DNA of 64,000 nt from assembly GCA_002269645.1 (NCBI GenBank), contig NIVC01000356.1:496001-560000 (forward strand), in the 5' to 3' direction. This stretch comes from Macrostomum lignano (taxonomy: Eukaryota). The notes under the pieces are model-generated. The model saw only the letters and a list, made by a program, of their open reading frames with translations, ran no database searches and had not been told where the DNA came from. Position 1 is the first letter of the stretch. Every line of letters starts with the position of its first letter. Below are positions 11,808 through 25,422 of this stretch, in pieces. The position numbers were made by a program, and so were the translations under genes.

Positions 11808-12224
11808 CACAGATACTAGAATAACTAGATCAGCCACTCAGGCATATATGCTTAGTAAAAAGGCTTTCTACTTTTAGTTCAGTAGCAAAGAAGAATACAT
11901 AAGCTATTTTATAAAAAATAAAGGCAGCTGAAATTACTTTGATAAGTTTAGAAGCCCAAGCTTGCAGGCGTAAACAGCTTGCAGCTTGCTAATTGGTTCA
12001 GCAATAATGTACATTAGCCAGTCCACTGAAAGGCAATAAAAATTGGGTGGCGGGGGGTAGTGTTGAAAGGCTCGATTGGAGGGTTTAAGCTGGGGGTAAG
12101 AGCCAATAAATGAGCCTTGGCTTTAAAAATACATTAAAATGCTTCTGTTTAACTTACTACTGAACTGAAAGTAGCTTACACGCAAATGTGCTGAGTGGCC
12201 CATCTAGTTATTCTAGTATCTGTG
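11808..12224. mobile_element. 417-bp MITE (P- or hAT-type)
   Basis: TIR of about 34 bp (CACAGATACTAGAATAACTAGAT..) and 8-bp TSD TCCCTCAG at 11800-11807 and 12225-12232. A near-identical inverted copy lies at 61429-61842. Confidence 0.9.
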
Positions 12225-12746
12225 TCCCTCAGTGAGTCAGTGTGTACACTCTACCCTCCCGAACCCCTATTGTCTCCAAGAAACCATTCAGCACAATTAC
12301 ATGTTCTTCGTGTATAATGTTCAAGTTTCGTAAAGGATTTTTTATTGTTAATCAGTGATCAGGTGGTGCTACAATATTCGCAAATTTAAATTAAGTCTTA
12401 CTGTATTAATTCAATATCGTATATTGTAATGATCTTTTACCCTCTCGTTCACCTTCGACTTTGAATATTTATTATAGTCATTACATCATTCTAGCTTTCT
12501 AGATTCTTCTAGATTCTAGATTTTTCATTTGCCTGGCTGCAGACTTGCGCTTTCTCGACATATTTATGAATAAAAAAATATGTAGGCTAGAGTTGGATTA
12601 AAGCTGCTAATTATTGCACTTTGGTTTCAGGGTGATTTGCTGGGTGCGCATAAAAACTATGAAACCAGCTTTTGCTGCTTATACAGACTTTGCTTCGCAT
12701 TTCAGTCATCAGTGAATAATTTAGCTGATTGCAATTAAAGAAAGCA

Positions 12747-14735
12747 ATGGCCGAAAGCAGTCAGCTGCAGATGGGCTACAAGATCGGCGGCATAGACAAG
12801 CTGGAAGCCAGATACAAGTGCGCCCACTGTCACCTGCTGCTGAGAGAGCCGATGCAAGGAGACTGCGGTCACCGCTACTGCAGGAACTGCGTGCAGCTCA
12901 AGTTCAACGAGGCCAAGCAGAAGGGCGAGCCGTCTCTCTGCCTGGAATGCGACTCAAGCGACAGCGACAGGGCAGAAATTTCGCCAGACCGAACCTACCC
13001 TGACATGGCCATCAAGAGGGAGATCAACAAGTCGCTGAAGGTGCAGTGCCCGAACTCTCCTTGCGACAAGGTGATGCAGGTAAGGGAGCTGGACGATCAC
13101 CTTCAAGAGTGCGAGTTCAGGCCCGAGCCTTGCGAGCTGTGCGGAAAATTGGTTGCTATGCAGCGTCTGGCTAAGCACAAAGAGAAGAAATGCCGCAGAA
13201 GACTTGTGCCCTGCGAAGTGTGCAAGGAGCGAGTAGCCTTTGAGTCATTGGATGAGCACAAGAGCTCAACTTGCATTGGCAGTACAGTGGAGTGCGAGTT
13301 CTGCTTGGCTCGCGTCAAGGACAACGAAGAGGCCAAGAGCTCCCACTGGTTAAATGAATGTCCGGTCGGGTGGCACACCGAACAGTGTCCTTTCGGGTGT
13401 TCGGACATGTCCGAGGGCTGGGAGAAGCACCGGATACAGCACCAAGCCACCCACATTGACAGGCTGTTGGCCTTGTCAAAGCGGCAGCAGCAGCAGCAGG
13501 CTGATCCACCAGAGCAGAGCCTCGTGCCCGTCTCCAGGGGTGCAGCGGCGGGAACTTCAGTGCCGGCCTCCGAGCTGACTGGGTCCGACTTTGAAGAGCT
13601 GAGCCGGCTGAAGGAGAAGGCGGCTTCCTTGGAGTCCAGGATGAAGTCCATGGCGCTGCCCACAGACTTGGCGAAGATTCTGAAGGACCTCCAAGGCAGC
13701 ATCGTGCAGGGCGACAAGGTGAAGGAGCTGCTTCAGGTGATCAAGGAGCAGTTCGACAACTGCTACGACAAGATCAGGCAGTACGAGCTGCGGATGCAGA
13801 AGGACTTGGAGAAGAAGCTGGACATCGAGCGGAAGCACCAGGAGCTGGTGAAGCTGCTGGCCTACAAAGAGATGAAGATTCTCGACCTCGAGAGGCGCGT
13901 TGAGGTTCTTGAGCACGCTGGCTACGACGGGGTTCTTGTGTGGAAGATCACGGATGTGCGGCGGCGCAAAGAGGAGGCGCGGGAGGGCAAAGTGTGCTCG
14001 ATCTACTCGCCTCCGTTCTACACGGGCAAGGCTGGGTGAGTTTTGACTGACGCTTCCACGGGTTCGAGTTCTCGCCAATCAACTCCTCAATCCGCCAATC
14101 GACTTCTCAATCCGCCAATCCGCCCCTCAATCCGCCAATCCACCCCTCAATCCGCCAATCCGCCCCTCAATCCGCCAATCCGCCCCTCAATCCGCCAATC
14201 CGCCCCTCAATCCGCCAATCCACTTCTCAATCCGCCAATCCGCTCCTCAATCCGCCAATCCACTTCTCAATCCGCCAATCCGCCCCTCAATCCGCCAATT
14301 CGCCCCTCAATCCGCCAATCCGCCCCTCAATCCGCCAATCCGCTCCTCAATCCGCCGTCAATCCACCCCATCCGCCCCAGCTACAAGATGTGCGGACGAC
14401 TCTACCTGAACGGCGACGGCGCTGGCAAGAACACGCACATCAGCCTCTTCTTCGTGATCATGCGCGGTGCCTTCGACGCCCTGCTGCCGTGGCCCTTCGC
14501 CAAGAAGGTCTCCATGATGCTGCTGGACCAGAACTTCGACGAGCACGTGATCGACGCCTTCAAGCCGGACACTTCGTCGTCTTCGTTCAAGCGGCCCAGC
14601 ACGGACATGAACATCGCCTCGGGCTGCCCGCTGTTCATGCCGCTGGCCGACTTCGAGAACGGCAGTCGCGGCTACGTCAAGGACGACGCCATGTTCATCA
14701 AGTTCATCGTGGACAAGAGCGACCTGCCTACTTGA
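12747..14735 (+). CDS. TRAF2/3: TNF receptor-associated factor, TRAF2/3-type, copy A (547 aa)
   Basis: Exon 12747-14035 encodes RING, TRAF zinc fingers, coiled coil and the MATH start (SPPFYTG). A phase-2 intron leads to exon 14381-14735: GYKMCGRLYLNGDG..MNIASGCPLF..FIKFIVD. Confidence 0.95.
14070..14375. repeat. About 20-bp intronic minisatellite in TRAF copy A
   Basis: Unit TCCGCCAATCCGCCCCTCAA; a more degenerate version lies at 31690-31925 in copy B. Confidence 0.9.
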
Positions 14736-15290
14736 AGTACGAGCGTACGAGAATCGAGTTTAAATACAGAAAAACTTTGCTAGTGATTATAACGACTAAT
14801 TGGACTTTAACATTAAGCACCTCACCAGCAACCGCCAATTCCCGCGTCTCATCCGTGTGTCACCGCCTGCTCACCGCGCGTTTTGCGGTCGCAGCACACG
14901 TGTACACCGGAGACCCACAGGCCAGGCCACCTACCTGTCAGCCAGCCAGACCGAACTGCTCAAAGCAGGGTGCTCGCTGACCTTGAAGCCTAATTCTGAT
15001 TGGGCAGCACATCGCCAAGTTATCCAAGGTATCCAAGTTATTCGAGCATTTGTGCGGCTTTATGTGCGACATGTTTTCATTAATTTCAGCTGTACCAGTG
15101 AGCTGGCTCATTTTAGTTGACTGCTTGGTGCGAGCGGTCTAGAGTCTGTCTCTTAACAGCTTTTCTTTATTTATTAATTTGACGCTTTTTCAGGTTAATT
15201 GTGTCGCTCTATATAAATATGAGCACGTCTGCAAGTGCCTAATTTTAGTATTAAATTTATTGTAGCTCCTAAAAGTCATGCTGCTTAAAC

Positions 15291-16845
15291 TCCATATGAT
15301 CAGACAGTCCATATGATCAGACACATCCATATCATATGATTAGACACATACATATGATCAGACACATCCATATCATATGATTAGACACATCCATATGATT
15401 AGACACATCCATATGATTAGACATCCATATGATCAGACACATCCATATGATTAGCCACAGTCCATATGATCAGCCACAGTCCATATGATCAGACACATCC
15501 ATATGATTAGACACAGTCCATATGATCAGACACATCCATATGATCAGCCACAGTCCATATGATTAGCCACATCCATATGATTAGACACAGTCCATATGAT
15601 CGGACACATCCATATGATCAGACACATCCATATGATCAGACAAATTCATATGATCAGCCACATCCATATGATTAGACAGTCCATATGATCAGACACATCC
15701 ATATGATCAGCCACATACATATGATCAGACACATACATTTGATCAGCCACATACATATGATCAGCCACATCCATATGATCAGACACATACATATGATCAG
15801 CCACATCCATATGATTAGACACATCCATATGATTAGACACATCCATATGATTAGACACATCCATATGATCAGACACATCCATATGATCAGACACATACAT
15901 ATGATCAGCCACATCCATATGATCAGACACATACATATGATCAGCCACATCCATATGATTAGACACATCCATATGATTAGACACATCCATATGATTAGAC
16001 ACATCCATATGATTAGACACATCCATATGATCAGACACATCCATATGATCAGCCACATCCATATGATTAGACAGTCCATATGATCAGACACATCCATATG
16101 ATTAGCCACATCCATATGATTAGACACATCCATATGATCAGACACATCCATATGATTAGACACATCCATATGATCAGACACATCCATATGATCAGCCACA
16201 TCCATATGATTAGACATCCATATGATCAGACACATCCATATGATTAGCCACAGTCCATATGATTAGACACATCCATATGATCAGCCACATCCATATGATT
16301 AGACACATCCATATGATTAGACACATCCATATGATTAGACACATCCATATGATCAGACACATCCATATGATCAGACACATACATATGATCAGCCACATCC
16401 ATATGATCAGACACATACATATGATCAGCCACATCCATATGATTAGACACATCCATATGATTAGACACATCCATATGATTAGACACATCCATATGATTAG
16501 ACACATCCATATGATCAGACACATCCATATGATCAGCCACATCCATATGATCAGACACATCCATATGATCAGCCACATCCATATGATCAGCCACATCCAT
16601 ATGATCAGCCACATCCATATGATCAGCCACATCCATATGATCAGCCACATCCATATGATCAGCCACATCCATATGATCAGCCACATCCATATGATCAGCC
16701 ACATCCATATGATCAGCCACATCCATATGATCAGACACATCCATATGATCAGCCACATCCATATGATCAGCCACATCCATATGATCAGCCACATCCATAT
16801 GATCAGACACATCCATATGATCAGCCACATCCATATGATCAGACT
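15291..16845. repeat. 18-bp minisatellite
   Basis: Unit CATCCATATGAT(C/T)AG(A/C)CA, about 85 copies. Confidence 0.95.
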
Positions 16846-17424
16846 CTATTTGGTCACTATATACATGCAAGGCTTATAAAAAACGTTAAATTCCCGGAAA
16901 GCTCCAATTTCAATGCTTTTAATTCCAAATTCCAATAGTTTGAAGCCAGGTATTCATCTAGCTGCTTTATAAAGTGCACTTTTTGTTAATTGAGTCTTCG
17001 CAGTAAGAGAGAAAATGACAAGTTACCAAGTTATATGCTTGTAGTGTTTTCAATTGCCACTCAAAAATACTTTGTGACAATTTTCATCAATAATAATGCT
17101 ACGAGTAGTACGTTACGATATACGTACCTTTATTCAGTTGCTTGTTAGGAAACGTTGCCGTGTCATAATTTTAGTCGTATTACTCACTACTCGTATTGCT
17201 CGTATTAATCCTGTAGACTACACTTCATTATTTAGTTTAAATACACAGTTTTAGTGTGAAAATATTTACATTTCATTGACAAACTTTTTATTGCTTTCTT
17301 TCAGTTTTATTAGCGCGCAATCTAGAGTCAGATATACAACAATATTTTTACATGTATTATTAGGGCACATTCAATGCCCAATATCAATAGCTGATCAATG
17401 ATAAATATGATCAATAGCGGTGAT

Positions 17425-18655
17425 CAGACAGTGAACAGGCACAGTGACCAGGTGCAGTGATCAGATCAGACAGTGAACAGGCACAGTGAACAGATACAGT
17501 GATCAGATCAGACAGTGAACAGGCACAGGGACCAGATACAGTGATCAGACCAGACAGTGAACAGGCACAGTGACCAGATACAGTGATCAGATCAGACAGT
17601 GAACAGGCACAGGGACCAGATACAGTGATCAGACCAGACAGTGAACAGGCACAGTGACCAGATATAGTGATCAGATCAGACAGTGAACAGGCACAATGAC
17701 CAGGTGCAGTGATAGACAGTGAACAGGCACAGTGACCAGGTGCAGTGATAGACAGTGAACAGGCACAGTGACCAGATACAGTGATCAGATCAGACAGTGA
17801 ACAGGCACAGTGACCAGATACAGTGATCAGATCAGACAGTGAACAGGCACAATGACCAGGTGCAGTGATAGACAGTGAACAGGCACAGTGACCAGGTGCA
17901 GTGATAGACAGTGAACAGGCACAGTGACCAGATACAGTGATCAGATCAGACAGTGAACAGGCACAGTGACCAGATACAGTGATCAGATCAGACAGTGAAC
18001 AGGCACAATGACCAGGTGCAGTGATAGACAGTGAACAGGCACAGTGACCAGGTGCAGTGATAGACAGTGAACAGGCACAGTGACCAGATACAGTGATCAG
18101 ATCAGACAGTGAACAGGCACAGGGACCAGATACAGTGATCAGATCAGACAGTGAACAGGCACAGTGACCAGGTGCAGGGATCAGACCAGACAGTGAACAG
18201 GCACAGTGACCAGGTATAGTGATCAGATCAGACAGTGAACAGGCACAGTGACCAGATACAGTGATCAGATCAGACAGTGAACAGGCACAGTGACCAGATA
18301 CAGTGATCAGATCAGACAGTGAACAGGCACAGTGATCAGATACAGTGATCAGATCAGACAGTGATCAGATCAGACTGAACAGGCACAATGACCAGGTGCA
18401 GTGATAGACAGTGAACAGGCAAAGTGACCAGATACAGTGATCAGATCAGACTGAACATGCACAGTGACCAGATACAGTGATCAGATCGGACAGTGAACAG
18501 GCACAGTGACCAGATACAGTGATCAGATCAGACAGTGAACAGGCACAGTGACCAGATACGGTGATTAGATCAAACAGTGAACAGGCACAGTGACCAGATA
18601 CAGTGATTAGATCAAACAGTGAACAGGCACAGTGACCAGATGCAGGGATCAGACG
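17425..18655. repeat. 37-42-bp minisatellite
   Basis: Unit CAGTGAACAGGCACAGTGACCAGATACAGTGATCAGATCAGA. Confidence 0.95.
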
Positions 18656-18719
18656 CGGTGCTCATAGGCACAGTGCTCAGACCCAGTACTCGGACGCCCA
18701 TCCCGCAGACCCCCTGAGC

Positions 18720-21700
18720 ATGTCCGGCAAAGAATCGGACAGCCGCTCCGGCGCCAGCTCGTCAGGCGGCGGCGGCAACCCGCCCAAGAAGCGCCGCATG
18801 GACTCGGATTTCTCAGGCGAAGCTGCCGCGGCGGCGGCGACGGCCCATGGCGATTCTTCGTCGTCGAGCTCTTCGGGCGGCTCCTCGTCGTCATCGACTT
18901 CTTCATCGTCGTCGCCGTCGTCAACCTCGGCGGCTTCGTCGGCCTCCGGCTCGCCAGCCTCCGACGCCTCGGCCGACAAAAATGTCGTGTCCTCGTCTGC
19001 CGCTTCCGGCGCCGCCGCCGCCCCGGCAGCGAATCTCCCGACGGCTGCGTCAGCTTCCTCCGCCATCAGCTGCAGCTCGGACTCGGCCAGCATCCAGCAT
19101 CATCAGCAACAGCAGCAACCGGCTGCAGCCGCTGCACAGTCAGTTGAACACCTGGCCAGCACAAGTCGCAGCGGCGTCAGCGCCGGCCAGTCGGAAATCC
19201 GGCGGCCCAACAAGCGCAACGGCAAAGGCGAGACGCCGCTTCACAAGGCGGCTAAGCGGAACGACTTGCGCTACGCTAAACAGCTGCTGGCAGCTGGGGC
19301 GGACGTGAATGCGCAGGTGCGTCGGGGCTGCTCAGATGGCTTTTTAGGACTTACAATGAGAGTAACGGACGGATGCAGTTGTATACAATTGCTATCTCTA
19401 CGTGAATCTCTGTTGTGATCTCAAGTTCCATAAGGCTTTCTAAAAGGTTCATCAGCACCAAGAATATGCCTAATCTAAACTTCGCAAGCCTATAAACCTA
19501 ATCTTCACAAACCTCCTAAACTTTAAAAACCTATAAACCTAAACTTTGCAAACCTATAAACCTAAACTTTGCAAGCCTATAAACCTAAACTTTGCAAACC
19601 TATAAACCTAAACTTTGCAAACCTATAAACCTAAACTTTGCAAACCTATAAACCTAAACTTTGCAAACCTATAAACCTAAACTTTGCAAACCTATAAACC
19701 TAAACTTTACAAGCCTATAAACCTAAGTGCATTAAGCGATGGCATTCAAGCCGCAGCTAAAAAATGCCACTCCCTCCCTCCCCTCTGCAGGACAATGCCG
19801 GATGGACTGCGCTACACGAGTGCGCCATCCGGGGCCACGCCGAGCTCAGCCGGGCGCTGCTCAAAGCCGGCGCCAGCCCGCATCTGCGCGGATTGGACGG
19901 CGACACGGCGCTACACGACGCGGCCAGGCAGGGCCACGACCGGGTCTGTCGCTGCCTGCTGCGCCACAGTGCCCGCACCGACTGCGCCAACGATGCCGGG
20001 CAGACACCGCTGGGCCTGGCCAGCAGCGACGCTATCCGTGACCTGCTGCTTGCCGGTGAGACATTGCTTATCCGCCCTATTGTAGCACTGATCCGCCCCC
20101 ATTGTAGCATTGATCCGCCCCCATTGTAGCATTGATCCGCCCCCATTGTAGCATTGATCCGCCCCCATTTTTGTCATTGATCCGCCCCCCCATTGTAGCA
20201 TTGATCCGCCCCCCCCATTGTAGCATTGATCCGCCCCCATTGTAGCATTGATCCGCCTCCATTGTAGCATTGATCCGCCCCCATTGTAGCATTTATCCGC
20301 CCCCATTGTAGCCTTGATCCGCCCCTCGTGGCCTATCCGCCCCCATTTATTCGCCATCTACTTATTTCTCATATCCTCCTGTCCTTTTAACCTGCTCCTA
20401 AAATTTTATCTCCCTCTGCTCAAATCCCAAGGAACCCTGGCTGGCGGAGAGTCCAGCGGCACCGGCTCGAGTCCCGACTGCGTGCGTGGCTCCGCCGATT
20501 CGTCCACTAGCGGAGCTCGCGCCGCTGCCGCCGCTGCTGCCGCCTCCGCTGCCGATTCTTCAGATGCCGCCTCCGCCGCCGCCGCTGCCCCCGACTTGCT
20601 GCCGTCGTCCAGCCAGCAGGCGGCGCCGCCGTCTCTGACGCCATCGGCCGCCGCCGAGTCCACCTCCTCGATGGACCATCGTCGGCAGCATCAGCAGGCG
20701 GACACGTCGACGCTAACGGCCAGCGGCGGCCCGTCTGCTTCTTCGGCTCCGCCGTGGATCGCGCAATCCGCCGCGGCCGCTTCATCTCTGCCGTCGCCGC
20801 CGCCGTCGTTTCCGTCGGAGCGGCAGTTGCTAGACGCAGGCGGGAACCGCGAGGCCGCTGATGCTGAACAACTCGACGACGGCGACGCTTCGCCACCGAC
20901 ACCGACGCCCGACGCGGAGCTGCCGGCCTCCAGCGACCGCGGCGGCGTTGGCAGCGGTGTCAACGAAGACGAGGAGGACCGGTCGAGGAGCCCTGCGCCT
21001 CTGCCGCTGGCTGTGCCGCCTTCGCTGCCTCAGGCATCGGCGCCGCCTCAAGCGTTGCTGCCTCCGCCGTCGCTGCCGCCGCAGTCGATGCTGGTCGCCG
21101 GAACCGACACCGACGCTGTGTCGTCGTCGAGTGCCGGTCGATCCACTGGCCCACACAGTAGCGCATTGTCGAGGTCTCTGCCAAGTCAGCAGCAGCTGCC
21201 ACAGTCGCAGACGCCCTCTGTCGACATTCAAGAGGTGGAGTCTTCGTCATCAACATCGTCAGCTGCTGCTACCGGTGCCACTGCTTCGCTGATGCAGCGA
21301 GCTTCAGGCAGCCAAGAGGACTCACGCGTGAGCTCCAGCTCGCCCGCTGTCACTGCCGCGACCGGCTCAGCTGCTGGCGGAGGCAAGAAATTCTTCCAGC
21401 AGCGGGTTGGCCCCGGCTCCGTGTCCGGCGGCCCAGCTTCCCAGTCTGCCTCATCCGGCGACTCTCACCAGCAGCAACAGCTTCAGCTGCCGCAGCGACA
21501 GCCGCAGCACCAGCGAGATCCCTACGCCTTTGACGACGAGGAAGATTCCATGGCGACCTCTGCCAGCTCTGTGGCGCCCTGCGGCAGCGGCTCTGGCGTC
21601 GTTGGCGGCGGCAGCGGCGTCGGCGCCATCCCGCTGAAGATGCGCCTGATGGCCGCCGAGTCTTCGTCCTCGCTGCGTCACCAGCAGCCGCCGCAGCTGG

Positions 21701-24574
21701 TGCCTCCTCCGGCCTCCTCGTCCTCGGCGATGGACGTCAAAAGCCACGACGATGCCGGCGCGCCGTCTTCGTCTGCCGGCTCCGGCGTCTCAGCGCAGCA
21801 GCGACTGCCGCGCTCTGCTGAAGCCGGCGAGGATGACGACGGCAAAGATGACGGAGGCTCCTCTCGGCAGCTGGCAGCCAGCGTCTCCGCTGACTCGCGG
21901 CCCGCTGCCAGCCGTCGAGCTGCTGCTGGCGACGTCACTGACGCTGCTGCCGCCACCGCCAGTCGTCCAGTCGATGATGCCGGCGCTTCCGACACGGCCG
22001 AGGCGTCCAACGATGCCACCGCGGCCGCCTCCACAGCCGATGACGAGTCGGAGGCTGGAGGCCGATCCCGGCGCCGCTCCGGCTCGGCCGCCTCCAAGGA
22101 AGCGTCGGCGACACCGCCTGACTCAGATGAGGACAGCATGCGGGTGCCGCCGCTGCGAATCCGGCTGCCGCCCGACGTGTCAGAGATGCAACAGGTGAGG
22201 GCCGCCCGCGTGTGACCTACGTGTTGCGAAATGTATAGCTTTTACTTACTAAAGACAGCAGACAGACCTTAGACAATAGCCTAAGAGGTGCATCGCATTT
22301 CGCATTGATAACAACTCCATTTAGCCTACTTGAGTTAGTAGCAAGTAAAGGCTAACATAGCAAAACGACTCTTGGCCGACTCTTTTTTACGATTCTGCAA
22401 CTCGCGTGATGCGCTCGTGACTCAACAGTCGTTTGAGTCATTAAAAAGTCACACAAGTCGCCCCAGAGTCGCTATTAAGTTGTTTGCAATGACTCTCTTT
22501 ATCGATTCTTGTCACGGTAAGGTTCTCAACAGGTGAGCTGTTTTGAGATTCAATTGAATCTTTTCTACAACTCCACTTGCTGAAGCGCAGCTCAAAAGAC
22601 TCGATATTTGAGATTTTAAGTCTGCCAGCTCTGGTCTCTGGTTGAGAGCCGCTAGCTCATTGATGTCAAACTGTAATCTGTAAGCCTCGCCAACATCCGC
22701 AGGCGGCTCCGGTCACCAGCAGCAGCGGCGGCACTTTGGCCAAGCAGCAGCAGTTGCAGCATCCGGGAGGTCGGCAGCTGCGATCGACAACGCGCGGCTC
22801 CCATCGCGACGAATCGCAGAGCGGCGGCGTCACCAGCAGCGGAGGCCGGGATAGCAGCGACGGTGAGCAGTCTCAGCCGCTGCCGGCAGCTGCTCAAGCT
22901 CCTCAGCAGCAGCAGCAGTCATCGGGATTCGGCGGCTCAGCCTCCTCTTCAGCTCCATCATCGTCGGCCGTACAGTCAGCAGCCGCCTCCACTGTCACTT
23001 CATCATCTTTGTCGGGTGGCCAGTTGCAGCTTCAGCAGCAGCAGGCGGCCGCGTCATCATCGGCAGCTTCATCCTCCTCATCCCAGCCTCATTCGCATCA
23101 TCATCATCATCAGCCCAACCGCTCGCAGGCGGCCGAGCCCGCCCAGCCGCCGCCGAAGAAGCGAAATTTGCGCGCCAGACCGGACGAAGTGGCGGCCGCG
23201 GTGGCCCAGCTGGCCGCCCAGCCTCCGCCAGAGCCGCCGTCCGCCCGCTCCATCAAGATCGAGGTGCCCGAGAATCCCATCGACAAGCTGGCCGCGGTGA
23301 AACGGCAGCTACGCGAGCGGCTCAACCGGCTGTCCGTGGTGCAGCCGAGCGCGCCGAAAGGATTTGCCGACTACCTGCTGACTAGCAAGAAGTACTACAT
23401 TGCCGGCAACAAGTACGCTGTGCAGCTCCCGAGGCGGCTCGACTGTCCTCCCGATGTGAGGAACCCGGCGCTCAAGTCGCTGTTCCTGGAGCAGGAGGAG
23501 GCCCGCGCCGGCCTGCGCCTCTCGCAGCAGTCGGAGCGCGAGCGGCTGGTGCTGGCTGCTGAGCAGGTGAGTGGGATTTCCTCTGGCGGTGTGGGATTTC
23601 CTCTGGCGGTGTGGGATTTCCTCTGGCGGTGTGGGATTTCCTCTGGCGGTGTGGGATTTCCTCTGGCGGTGTGGGATTTCCTCTGGCGGTGTGGGATTTC
23701 CTCTGGCGGTGTGGGATTTCCTCTGGCGGTGTGGGATTTCCTCTGGCGGTGTGGGATTTCCTGTACAGGTGTGGGATTTCCTGTACAGGTGTGGGATTTC
23801 CTGTACAGGTGTGGGATTTTATCTGGACTTGTCTTTAGTTCTGGGATTTCTAATGACAGTGTGGGATTTCTAATGGTTGTAGGGAAGCTCTTTCCGTGTA
23901 TGGGATTTCTGATTATGTGAATTTTCGGCTTTAAAGTCAAAGGGTTTATAGCTACAAAATCATGCTACAACACGTTAGCATCGATTCCTATATGGTTGCC
24001 ATGGTCTCCCCACCAACTTCCCCCGCAGGAGGTGATCCGCGCCTACAACCGGGCGGCCCTCTACATGGCCGGCCAAAGCCGCCAGTTGTCCTTCTGCGCC
24101 GCCATCGCCGACCGCGACTTCACCCACCTGCGCGCCGACTTCTCGGACGGCGCCGAAACCGGCGCGGCCGCTGCTGGAACCGGCGCCGCCGCCAGCGCTG
24201 CTTCGGCGACCTCGGCAACCGGCGGTGGCCCTGGCCGAGGTGGCAGCGGCGGCGGCAGCGGCGGGGCCGGCAGCCAGCAGCAGTCGGACACGCAGCATCT
24301 CTCGCCCGAAAGGTTCACCAGCCAGGAGTTCGTCACCTGGATTGACGAGATCATCGTGAAGTTCACCAAGGCGCAGAAAGACCTGTCTAATCGGCAGCAC
24401 CACGAGGCTGACGCTCTCAACGCTGTGCAGAAACTCGACTGGGAGCTCAAGCTCAAGGAGGCCCAGCTGGTGGAACGGCGGGCCAGCAACGTCTGCATGC
24501 GGATCGATAGGAATCACGTGCCACTGATTGACGTGCCCTCCAGTTATGACCTGTTTAAGGTGTCCCCGATCTGA
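18720..24574 (+). CDS. ANKRD11/12: Ankyrin-repeat cofactor, ANKRD11/ANKRD12 orthologue, about 1344 aa, 5 exons
   Basis: Exons 18720-19316, 19791-20055, 20432-22194, 22703-23566 and 24029-24574, all phase-compatible. N-terminal ankyrins (GETPLH, GWTALH, GDTALH). The C-terminal block AEQEVIRAYNRAA..RQHHEADALNAVQKLDW..VPLIDV matches the ANKRD11/12 C-terminus. Confidence 0.88.
19490..19725. repeat. 23-bp intronic minisatellite
   Basis: Unit CCTATAAACCTAAACTTTGCAAA. Confidence 0.9.
20070..20345. repeat. About 22-bp intronic minisatellite
   Basis: Unit ATTGTAGCATTGATCCGCCCCC. Confidence 0.9.
23570..23820. repeat. 20-bp intronic minisatellite starting at the splice donor
   Basis: Unit GTGGGATTTCCTCTGGCGGT. 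Confidence 0.9.
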
Positions 24575-25422
24575 GCAGCCTGTGACCTGTTCACGGTGTC
24601 TCCCCCCGATCTGAGCAGCCTGTGACCTGTTCACGGTGTCTCCCTAATCTGAGCAGCCTGTGACCTGTTCACGGTGTCTCCCTCCGATCTGAGCAGCCTG
24701 TTCACGGTGTCTCCCTGATCTGAGCAGCCTGTTCACGGTGTCTCCCTGATCTGAGCAGCCTGTTCACGGTGTCTCCCTGATCTGAGCAGCCTGTTCACGG
24801 TGTCTCCCTGATCTGAGCAGCCTGTTCACGGTGTCTCCCTGATCTGAGCAGCCTGTGACCTGTTCACGGAGTCTCCCTGATCTGAGCAGCCTGTGACCTG
24901 TTCACGGTGTCTCCCCCCGATCTGAGCAGCCTGTGACCTGTTCACGGTGTCTCCCTCCGATCTGAGCAGCCTGTTCACGGTGTCTCCCTGATCTGAGCAG
25001 CCTGTTCACGGTGTCTCCCTGATCTGAGCAGCCTGTTCACGGTGTCTCCCTGATCTGAGCAGCCTGTTCACGGTGTCTCCCTGATCTGAGCAGCCTGTTC
25101 ACGGTGTCTCCCTGATCTGAGCAGCCTGTGACCTGTTCACGGAGTCTCCCTGATCTGAGCAGCCTGTGACCTGTTCACGGTGTCTCCCCCCGATCTGAGC
25201 AGCCTGTGACCTGTTCACGGTGTCTCCCCCCGATCTGAGCAGCCTGTGACCTGTTCACGGTGTCTCCCTCCGATCTGAGCAGCCTGTGACCTGTTCACGG
25301 TGTCTCCCCCGATCTGAGCAGCCTGTGACCTGTTCACGGTGTCTCCCCCGATCTGAGCAGCCTGTGACCTGTTCACGGTGTCTCCCCCCGATCTGAGCAG
25401 CCTGTGACCTGTTCACGGTGTC
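24548..25422. repeat. 31-40-bp minisatellite overlapping the last codons and stop of the ANKRD gene
   Basis: Unit GACCTGTTCACGGTGTCTCCC(C)nGATCTGAGCAGCCTGT; the first unit is the coding sequence for DLFKVSPI*. Confidence 0.95.

Noticed and set aside
13103-14078. Antisense and alternative-frame ORFs over TRAF, ANKRD, ENaC and AFG1L exons
   Set aside because: Expected shadows of GC-rich, codon-biased exons, with no independent motifs.
15646-16879. DHMDVA / IRHIHM / LIIWM repeat ORFs, and similar ORFs at 11.0-11.8, 43.7-44.5, 45.7-46.6, 48.4-49.3, 50-51.9, 53.8-54.6 and 62.5-63.1 kb
   Set aside because: Tandem-repeat artefacts, open in several frames and on both strands; most lie inside introns defined by conserved flanking exons.
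17425-18655. Repeated CACAGTG (RAG RSS heptamer)
   Set aside because: There is no nonamer at 12/23 spacing and no RAG/Transib gene; a chance 7-mer in a repeat unit.
22300-22635. GAGTC/GACTC-rich stretch resembling a hAT MITE in an ANKRD intron
   Set aside because: Only one plausible TIR (TGCCAGCTCTG) was found, with no matching left end or TSD.
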